Shown: piece by piece, positions 33,101 through 40,412 of the stretch
Position numbering within the stretch: position 1 is the first letter of the stretch
Layout of the letters: each line of letters begins with the position of its first letter
Assembly (NCBI GenBank): GCA_009859145.1
Contig: VRVR01000045.1
Span: 31,506 to 95,505 of the forward strand
DNA: 64,000 nucleotides
Source of the DNA: Andalucia godoyi And28
Lineage: Eukaryota > Protista > Jakobida
Direction: 5' to 3'
Program-made: the position numbers and the translations under genes
The notes under the pieces: model-generated
Seen by the model: only the letters and a program-made list of their open reading frames with translations
What the model was told of the DNA's origin: nothing
The model's database searches: none

Positions 33101-34632
33101 CTGAGATTGTGCGGTTTTTGAATTCCTCGTCAAATCGCCAGAGCATTGTTTCAGATGAGCTTTTTACCACGACTTCCTCGGTCGCGGCCCCTTTGAATGC
33201 TTCTCTAAACGGCGCCGGAAAAGAGAGCCCCGAAGCTCGGGCTGCAAAGCGGCGCCGAGCTTCTGGCGATTCGTGGGAGGATGTGGGGAGCGCGCAGTTG
33301 ACTCCAATGTCTGTGAGTGACAATCGATCCTTCATTTCTTTTGACCTGGCGACTCTGCACCCCGCACAAGAGCTTGCGCTGGCGACGAGCGGCACATTCT
33401 ACGAGTCGCTTGGGAAGGACAGGAGCCACATCATTGATCCTCTTTCGGGAGAGCCGGTTGTGGTTGTTAGGGCTTCGCCTGTGTGCGTAACTGTTGTCGT
33501 TTCCACAGAAGCCGGTCCTTTGAAAGGCAGCTACCAGCACGATGCGTGCGCATGGGCCGATGCGATTGCGACTGCTGCAATGACAAAGTCGAGTGCCGAA
33601 GAAACGGCAATGTATCTGTGGAACATCATGCACCGCCTTCCGGAGCGGTATACCCACACGCTCCCTCCGAACCTCGCGATCCTCGAGTTCTTTGTTACCT
33701 CGAAGTCTGGAAGAACGTTCAATCGCGCTAGTGTAAGCGACCTTGTGGCCGTCCAGACGTCTCGAATGGTCACCAGTCTTCCCCTCCCCGTCTGTGTCCT
33801 CGTCGCCCGAACACCGTTTTCCTTTGCGGGCAACAGCAATGGAACAGCCAACAATGGTGCAACTTCGAACCCGAGTGAAAACACGAAATCTCCGCGTACA
33901 AATGACCCGTCAAACATTGGGTGTTTGTGCACCTCGGCGTTCTTCTCGAGCTCTGGATCATTCATCGTTTCGCTCGGAATCTCCAATCGCCTGTGCCGTC
34001 TTCTCACGAACGCGGATGGTATTATTGTCACCGACCTCATTGCATATTTCCTGTCTCCGACGCAGCACAATCTGGCGCGTGAGATACTGGATAGCAGTTC
34101 CGACTCTCCGATTCTCAGCGATGCAACATGCACGTTGCTGCATGACGGCGCAAGTCGGTCGTGCACGGTGAAGCTCACGGCGTCGTATCCGATGGGCGAC
34201 CACGTCGTGTTCGTCGGGTTTGTGCAGGATCAAGCGTCTGGCAGCGACTGCCGTGGAGACCGAGACTTTCTGTCGTATGCTCGCAAGGAATACTTCACAC
34301 AGTCGGTGTTCTCGAATGACAGCGAGCTCCCGCAACCAAAGTCGCGTGTCATCCAGGAGTTGACCGAGTCCACGGGGTCGATTCTTGGTGACCAGCCGAT
34401 TGCCACGGGAGTGTGCTCCGTCCGACCGCCCATCTTTTATGCAATGACGACTTCAAAGGCCGGTGGCTGGGTCAACAAGAAGGTCACGCTTTCGGTGCAG
34501 GAAACTGATCCCGAGGGATTCTCGACGTTCGGTCCGCTCAAGTCCGTAGACGGCATCGTCTCGCGCGTCATTCACCTTCCCAAGCAAGCCGCACTCCTCA
34601 TGATCGACGCTCTGCGGATCAACGGGAAGTGA
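30127..34632 (+). CDS. Four-domain fusion: luciferase-like monooxygenase + class I GATase-like + ApbE flavin transferase + flavin reductase
   Basis: LLM: GFEVAWFAESH, TKRIGVGAAV, VWGCPAQVAAQL (~30127-31437). GATase-like: VVLTGS, LAICYSAQ, GVQFHPN (~31570-32330). ApbE: FDPTVG, DLCSIAKGFAVD, ATSG, HIIDP, ADAIATA (~32500-33720). Flavin reductase: PLPVCVL..., GDHVVFVGFV (~33735-34295). Single 1501-aa ORF. Confidence 0.85.
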   Translation: MRFDVFLSITPTPVDGFCPLESEMWKNAMEQVRVADDAGFEVAWFAESHLSHKAQLRNRHPVTPSFEGEIGLNSDFPQLATRVLSCTKRIGVGAAVLNILSNGGPIANAECIAQLISMHTALSSDPNREIHVAFSAGRFEYARRAFGVLPRNEYESIVWEELQPLVFREAMEVFVRLLRGDVLRADQIAPCILSAHEVADQAKWFSLQRALRLRDAKSDRAGQASPESNNPCSWCTDVRRIDEHQVQFPLRFIFPDQHIGVISRPQNASCLKLLVATHDPFLQRLANKWLPVQVCNLSVTPADVIDQTHELMKEAYHPAGGPWMREYMPRTVLVFLNADSSLTEVQQNDAAKKSALAALKSYWKAVEGTILDEDSPANNMRNAVWGCPAQVAAQLRNNYHADDRLMLWFDFFNHDSVAVCNSMKNFMRLVVPMLNDVIHPRILQSNACIAPNNNVNRNSNSTRTGSVEMLASGYSAAVKGTRKEIVVVIDLLPPIENADEASWTADWLRSSSAQDLEVRVFKGIDGIWPTEYDLAGCLAVVLTGSTCSCVNDYDHTEPLFKFFASVIRLEIPTLAICYSAQMLVRWIAGKEHVLRLPAPHVGFVQVSAMADRGFGRSATLFNSIGASLISTSAQSDGFIVPDENISYELQVGSSKQETRFIHTASAEKWKYQGFQLLGLPVWGVQFHPNWPCYGSETVFNLLQRGNPALVVERQGEFRDADQFSVGKSFLEACRHHVMLKWVVGIHLSGLTNLSTPSYVAPKDPSVTAAAEASRGDGSLWTRGYGDNDQGCVSLSGTSMKMAYRVMAVLPGYSSEAEATIRQIIESTFESIHSVANNFNAESEISKAIEHFRQGGEEIRISSLLERLLRSTFDAHLVTNRLFDPTVGSIKKLWKTQDGVPEDQRSSMMHTIGLGRWYVLRKEGCNAAVLSRKHAKSPQCALLDIDLCSIAKGFAVDLICERLLESGVVRYCVEWAGEIRVRGSDPSGRPWRTEIVRFLNSSSNRQSIVSDELFTTTSSVAAPLNASLNGAGKESPEARAAKRRRASGDSWEDVGSAQLTPMSVSDNRSFISFDLATLHPAQELALATSGTFYESLGKDRSHIIDPLSGEPVVVVRASPVCVTVVVSTEAGPLKGSYQHDACAWADAIATAAMTKSSAEETAMYLWNIMHRLPERYTHTLPPNLAILEFFVTSKSGRTFNRASVSDLVAVQTSRMVTSLPLPVCVLVARTPFSFAGNSNGTANNGATSNPSENTKSPRTNDPSNIGCLCTSAFFSSSGSFIVSLGISNRLCRLLTNADGIIVTDLIAYFLSPTQHNLAREILDSSSDSPILSDATCTLLHDGASRSCTVKLTASYPMGDHVVFVGFVQDQASGSDCRGDRDFLSYARKEYFTQSVFSNDSELPQPKSRVIQELTESTGSILGDQPIATGVCSVRPPIFYAMTTSKAGGWVNKKVTLSVQETDPEGFSTFGPLKSVDGIVSRVIHLPKQAALLMIDALRINGK

Positions 34633-35129
34633 CGGAGTCCTTTGGGAGAAGACGGACAATTTCCCAAATCGGGAAAGTCCCTTGCGTCGTCGGAGCTCCG
34701 ATTCGCTTGCAATCCTGCATCCGCTATCGTGCATCATTTCCGATCGTCCATCACAGTTTTTTGGGGGGGCGGAGTTGCTTTTCGACAGCAACAGGATGTA
34801 AACTGGATATGCGTTTTCTCCCCGAAAGCAAAGGCTGCTCCCGTCGTTGGGTTGTTTGCTTTGTTTTGTCTTTTTGGGGGGTGACGGAAGCCTCTTTCTT
34901 TTTTAACCTCTTGATTCGTTTTGTTGATTTTTGTTGATTTTTCCCGTGTGCTTGCTTCTAAAACGCATTCATGTTTATTGCGTTCATCTTGCTCACATTG
35001 TAATTACCAGGTGTTGTTTTTGTTTTTAATTGTCATTATCATTATCCATTATCAATTATCATTATTGTTTTTTTATTATATTTTTGTTGAAGGTTTTCCT
35101 TTGCTTGAGAGGAAGCGGACTAGAGGAGA

Positions 35130-38100
35130 ATGGATGAGGTTCCGGAACAGCATTTCCTGATTGGAGGGCTAGAGTGTGTGGAGAACTGTGTTCGGAGGAT
35201 ATGCGATGCGGTCCGTCTGCTGCCGGGCTGTCACGACTGTCATGTTGCTTCCTTTTCGGACGGGTTGATGGTCGTGAAAGGGGCTGTGGACACTCTCGCG
35301 ATTTTCGAGGCGGTCTGTGCCCTCGGCTACACAATCGACGTGGCCCGGGCCGCCGACGCCGCCGCCGCCGCCGTGTGCGTGGTTGTGTGCGTGGTCGACG
35401 CTGACGCTGACGTGGAGATGGAGGTGGACAGAAGGCTCGTGTCTGCAATCGGGCATTTCGAAGACGTCGCTCGCGTCAAGGTGTCTCGATTTGTGCTGGA
35501 CTCCTGCCCTCGTGCGGCAATTGTATGCAGCTTGCGACGTCCATCGGCATTCGCGTCCGCCATCACCTCCATCATCGATACTGCATCAGGCCTCGGCTTG
35601 TCTCCGCAAACACCTGCTTCGCGTCAGTACGATTTGCTGCTGCTGGACCACCCCGAATCGACGACCGTCGACACCATCCTTGCCTTCCTCACCCGTCTTC
35701 CAGGCGTCCTCTCTGTGTCCTGCCTCCCAAGCCCCCCGAACCCTAGCTTGGCGAACCCTAATCCTGGCCATTCTCGCTCCCGTGAAGGAGCGGTGCGGGT
35801 GCTCCGCGTGACGTGCCACCTTGCAGACCCACAAGCGCTGACGTCGCGCGCGGCCTCGGCACCCCTGCACTCGCTTCTTGTCCCGCGGGACCACAACCCT
35901 AATCATCCTAACCACCGTAACCCTAACCTTAACTCCACTCCGCTTTTTAAAATCGGAGCATCACCCTCCTCGGCAGCCGCAAAGTCGGCCACGGACCAGC
36001 CGCCGCTTGTGCTGCTGGGCTTTGTAGTCGACGGCATGCGGTGCCAGCACGGGTGCGCAGACTATCTTGCGGATCTCGTGGCGTCGCGGGCGTCGGAGTT
36101 TGGCGCGGGCATCACTGCCGTCAAGTGCACGAAAGCGACGCGGATGCTGGTGGTCGCGGTGAACATGACGGGAGCGGGATCGGGATCGGGATCGGGCATT
36201 GCGAGCCATCAACTTGCCTCGATGCGGGAGAAAATCGCCGCGCTGGCGGCGACCGAGTACGACCGTTGCGATGCAGTGGACTCGATCTCGCGGCTGGTGT
36301 TCACGGGGCTGCGCGGGATGAAGTGCCAGCGTGGGTGCGCCGATGCTCTTGCACGCACTGTGCTGACCACGGTCGACCGCGTGCTCGATGCTTCCTGCTC
36401 GTTCGAGGACGCCGTGCTGACGGTCGACCTTGCGGTTCCGCGTGGAAACGAAGCTGCAGTCGAGCGCAGCGCCGCCACTGCGATCCACCAACTCGTTCTC
36501 TCTGAAGAGTATTCGTGCGATTCCAGCACTGGCGATGACGATGGCGCGGGGGTGCTCATGGACCGATTCCCATGGTTCGGGTACTTGCCGATCGCGCGCC
36601 CTTCGTCGTCTTCTCTCGTGCTTCCCATCGAGAGTCCTGATGGTGGCGCGAATGAAGATGGCTGGAAGTTCCCAGCTACTGGCCATCATGCCTCGGCGAG
36701 CACAGAGATGGACAGGAAAAACGTAGAAGAAGAAGCGGAATTGGTAGTGAGGCGAGAAGTGGAAGTGGATAAGGAAACGGCAGCGAGGAAAGAACGAGTG
36801 TCGACCTCCGTGTATAAAGTGACTGGGATGACATGCACGTCATGTGCGAATGCAATCAGCAAGAATGTGCGGTCAAAGGCAGGCGTTGTGTCGGTGGAGG
36901 TGTCGGTGATGACGGACCGCGCGACTGTCGTGCACGATCCTCGACAGACGTCCGCAAAGGCCATTGAAGCTGTGATTTCCAAGATCGGGTACGGCTGCTC
37001 GTTGCTATCCTCGACCCACCAGGCCGATGATGCGGATGATACGGGTGAGTTGAACAAGAAGCATGGAGCCGGGGCTGCGGGCGGCGAGGAAGTGGTTCAG
37101 TATGCATTTGCAGTCGCCAACGTCACTTGTGCGAAATGCATCGACAAGATCTCTGCTGCAGTACATGCCCTCGATCCAGTTCACGTCGCCTCGGTCACTC
37201 TCGACCCCCTCGATCCCATCGACTCCCGGCACAGGAATGGCAGCAGTGGGGGCGAGGAAGAAGGGGATGGTGGTCGCGATGCGAATCCAGGGACTGACGA
37301 TGATGCTGTTGTTGGTGGTAGTGGTGGTAGTGGTGGTAGTGGTGGTAGTGATGATGATGATGATGATGATGATGCGGACGAACCATCATCGTCGTTGTCG
37401 TTTGCAACAGCGGTTCAATCTTGGCTTTCGCGTATGCTTCCGTTCTCGCGCGGCGGACATCGCATTCGCTCGACTCGGTTCAGCGCCGGTGCTGGCTCTG
37501 GCACACGACCTGCGACGCAGAGAATGAAAATGACGGTGACGCTGTCGGATGCTCGATTCATCCGGCTGACTTCTCCATCCACCGCATCGACCTCGGCATC
37601 GTTCTTGTCACCGTCGACGAATGCCGTGGTATCGCGGTTCACAAACGATGCAGAAGGAGAAGGAGAAGGAAAACAGAACCAGCAGCCGAGGAAGAAACTT
37701 GGGCCGCGGACGATTGTGGCGATGCTGGCTGCGCTTGGATATCCATCATCGTATCTTGTGACAGATGCGAATGCGGCGCTCAAGGAGTCGCTGCTGCGCA
37801 AAGAAGAGATTGCGCTGTGGCGTCGACGGCTGTGCATCTCGCTGGTATTTACAGTACCGCTCCTGCTTCTCAATATGTTCTTTATGCTCTTTGCGCCGTC
37901 GTCAACATCCATGACGGCCATGTTGTGGGTCGGCATTGTATCGTGGATCCTCGCGACCCCCGTGCAGTTCTACTCCGGGCACGTATTCCACCGAAATGCA
38001 CTGAAGGCCATTCGCTCGGGCTCAGCGACGATGGACGTGCTTGTCTCGCTCGGTACTTTTGCAGCGTACTTGTTCTCCGTCGCAGCGCTCCTCCTGACCA

Positions 38101-40235
38101 TCTCCATGACCTCCTCCTCTGCCGACGGGCACTCCGACTCTGGCTCCTCAGACGACGTGGAGACTCCCCAGTATTTCGAAACCTCTGCGACACTCATTTC
38201 GTTTCTGCTTCTGGGAAAGTTCCTCGAAAGCGTCGCAAAGTGCAAGTCGTCGGCTGCAATGGTTCGGCTGCTCGATCTCAAACCGTCCACCGCCCTTCTT
38301 CTGGAAGGCTACACGGACACCTTAGACACGAACGAGAGCGATGGCGACAGGAGTGCGTCGTATGTGGCGGAAAAGGTCGTAGCGACAGAGCTTCTGGAGC
38401 CCGGTGATGTGCTGCGGGTGCGCCCGGGTGACAAGGTTCCGTGCGACGGGGATGTGCTCTCTGGCTGTGGGACAGCCGACGAGGCGATGTTGACGGGCGA
38501 GTCGGTCCCCGTAGCCAAGCAAGCTGGCAGCTCGGTGCTTGGTGGAACGGTACTGCGTGACGGCGTGCTTGTCATCCGAGCCGAGCGCGTGGGTTCGGAC
38601 TCGGTGTTGGCACAGATGGTCCGGCTGATGGAGCAGGCGCAGGCACGAAAAGCTCCTGTGCAAGCGCTTGCGGATGCCATTTCAGCAGTGTTTGTACCGT
38701 TTGTCGTGGCGCTCGCGATCGCTGTCTTTGTGCTGTGGCTTGTTCTCGGGGCAACGAATGCCTATCCGCACGAATGGCTGCCGAGTGGCGTGACTCCTCC
38801 TGTCTTTGCACTGCTTGTGGCGATCACGGTGCTGGTCATTGCGTGTCCGTGCGCGCTCGGTCTTGCGACTCCGACTGCCGTTCTCGTGGGAACGGGCGTT
38901 GGTGCTGAACTTGGCGTCCTCATCAAGGGCGGCGCTCCACTCGAGACGGCTGCCCGCACCCAGATCGTCGCATTCGACAAGACAGGCACACTCACTTGCG
39001 GACAGCTCGCCGTCGACAAGGTGCACTTTGAAGATGGAACGCAACCAAGGCTGCGCGTGCTCGTCATGGTAGAGGCGCTTGAGAGAATGTCGGAGCATGC
39101 GATTGCGAGAGCGCTTGTCGCGTATGCGAGAACCGAGTGTAAGGAACACTGGGACGAAGCCACCCGGTTTGGCATTGCGCCGCGCGACGTGCAGACGCAT
39201 CCAGGGCTCGGCATCGCGGGCGTGTTTTCACAGTCCTCTCTGACCCTCTTGGACGCCAAGAAGGTCAGTGCTGCGGCGATGGATGCAGGCGAGGGTGCTG
39301 GAGAGACTTCGGTGGTGATTGGGACACATCGGTTTATTGCGGAAGTGCATGGGATCGTGATGCCTTCGTGGGCCGTGTCGCGGTCTGCAGACTATGCGTC
39401 GGCGGGGTTGTCGCTGGTGTTTGTAGCAGTGAACGGAACAGTGACTGCGGTCTTTGGGCTTGGCGACACGATTCGTCCCGAGGCAGCAAGCACAGTGTCG
39501 TATCTGCAGCGCAGTCTTGGGCTTCGCGTGTACATGATCTCGGGCGACAACCCGCTTGCTGCGCGACGAGTTGCGCAGCAGGTAGGGATCCCACTTGACC
39601 GAGTTGTGGCGGGTGTGCTCCCGGCTGGCAAGATCGATGCGATCCGTTCGCTGCAGTGCTTTGGGTCGGTGCCGCAGAGCGCTGGGCACGATGCAGTGGT
39701 TGCGCGAGTCGAGGCGACCAACGCAGCGCGGATTGCACGCGGCAAGCGGCCGGAAGTGTTCACCGTTGCGATGATTGGCGACGGGGTGAACGATGCGCCG
39801 GCAATGTTGCAGGCCGATGTTGGAATTGCAGTGGGAGCTGGAACGGACGTCGCTCTCGAGTCCGCGGGCATCGTGCTGATGAAGGACTATTTGTGGGACG
39901 TCGTCGTCGCTCTTGATCTCTCACGCACCGTGTTTCGCCGAATCAGACTGAACTACGGATGGGCGCTCGGATACAACATCATCGCAATCCCCATTGCGGC
40001 CGGCGCACTGTTCCCTGTCACTCACTGGCTGCTGCCCCCGGTCGTTGCAGGCGCGGCAATGGTCTTCTCCTCTGTCTCGGTGCTTCTCTCCTCGCTGCAT
40101 CTCAAGAAGTACCAGCGCCCGCCGTCGAGGTTCAATCTTGGAACCAATGACGATTCGGACCATGAAGGCAACACCGATCGCGATGTTGCTGCATTCTCTG
40201 AAGATGAGCGCGAGCAGCTTGTCGAACAAGCGTAA
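35130..40235 (+). CDS. ATP7: P1B-1 type copper-transporting ATPase
   Basis: TGES, ACPCALGLATP, DKTGT, SEH, GDGVND, YN and MxxSS motifs, plus five N-terminal HMA-like Cys motifs. Symbol denotes the family (ATP7/CCC2/RAN1), not proven orthology. Confidence 0.92.
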   Translation: MDEVPEQHFLIGGLECVENCVRRICDAVRLLPGCHDCHVASFSDGLMVVKGAVDTLAIFEAVCALGYTIDVARAADAAAAAVCVVVCVVDADADVEMEVDRRLVSAIGHFEDVARVKVSRFVLDSCPRAAIVCSLRRPSAFASAITSIIDTASGLGLSPQTPASRQYDLLLLDHPESTTVDTILAFLTRLPGVLSVSCLPSPPNPSLANPNPGHSRSREGAVRVLRVTCHLADPQALTSRAASAPLHSLLVPRDHNPNHPNHRNPNLNSTPLFKIGASPSSAAAKSATDQPPLVLLGFVVDGMRCQHGCADYLADLVASRASEFGAGITAVKCTKATRMLVVAVNMTGAGSGSGSGIASHQLASMREKIAALAATEYDRCDAVDSISRLVFTGLRGMKCQRGCADALARTVLTTVDRVLDASCSFEDAVLTVDLAVPRGNEAAVERSAATAIHQLVLSEEYSCDSSTGDDDGAGVLMDRFPWFGYLPIARPSSSSLVLPIESPDGGANEDGWKFPATGHHASASTEMDRKNVEEEAELVVRREVEVDKETAARKERVSTSVYKVTGMTCTSCANAISKNVRSKAGVVSVEVSVMTDRATVVHDPRQTSAKAIEAVISKIGYGCSLLSSTHQADDADDTGELNKKHGAGAAGGEEVVQYAFAVANVTCAKCIDKISAAVHALDPVHVASVTLDPLDPIDSRHRNGSSGGEEEGDGGRDANPGTDDDAVVGGSGGSGGSGGSDDDDDDDDADEPSSSLSFATAVQSWLSRMLPFSRGGHRIRSTRFSAGAGSGTRPATQRMKMTVTLSDARFIRLTSPSTASTSASFLSPSTNAVVSRFTNDAEGEGEGKQNQQPRKKLGPRTIVAMLAALGYPSSYLVTDANAALKESLLRKEEIALWRRRLCISLVFTVPLLLLNMFFMLFAPSSTSMTAMLWVGIVSWILATPVQFYSGHVFHRNALKAIRSGSATMDVLVSLGTFAAYLFSVAALLLTISMTSSSADGHSDSGSSDDVETPQYFETSATLISFLLLGKFLESVAKCKSSAAMVRLLDLKPSTALLLEGYTDTLDTNESDGDRSASYVAEKVVATELLEPGDVLRVRPGDKVPCDGDVLSGCGTADEAMLTGESVPVAKQAGSSVLGGTVLRDGVLVIRAERVGSDSVLAQMVRLMEQAQARKAPVQALADAISAVFVPFVVALAIAVFVLWLVLGATNAYPHEWLPSGVTPPVFALLVAITVLVIACPCALGLATPTAVLVGTGVGAELGVLIKGGAPLETAARTQIVAFDKTGTLTCGQLAVDKVHFEDGTQPRLRVLVMVEALERMSEHAIARALVAYARTECKEHWDEATRFGIAPRDVQTHPGLGIAGVFSQSSLTLLDAKKVSAAAMDAGEGAGETSVVIGTHRFIAEVHGIVMPSWAVSRSADYASAGLSLVFVAVNGTVTAVFGLGDTIRPEAASTVSYLQRSLGLRVYMISGDNPLAARRVAQQVGIPLDRVVAGVLPAGKIDAIRSLQCFGSVPQSAGHDAVVARVEATNAARIARGKRPEVFTVAMIGDGVNDAPAMLQADVGIAVGAGTDVALESAGIVLMKDYLWDVVVALDLSRTVFRRIRLNYGWALGYNIIAIPIAAGALFPVTHWLLPPVVAGAAMVFSSVSVLLSSLHLKKYQRPPSRFNLGTNDDSDHEGNTDRDVAAFSEDEREQLVEQA

Positions 40236-40412
40236 GTCCACACCCCGCCCATCCGTTTCAGTTCTTCGCAGTGCGCGCGTCGTGTAGCGTAGCGTTGTCG
40301 ATGGATTACTTGATGTTGCTGTTGTTGCTCTTTCTTTTTCTTTTTCTTTTTTGCGGATAGAATGATAAATAGACAGAATGTTGAGCTTTGAGATCATTAC
40401 TTGAATGTGTTG

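Noticed and set aside
35739-35928. Four AACCCTA telomere-like motifs inside the Cu-ATPase gene
   Set aside because: Not tandem; explained by Asn-Pro-Asn codons in a low-complexity linker.
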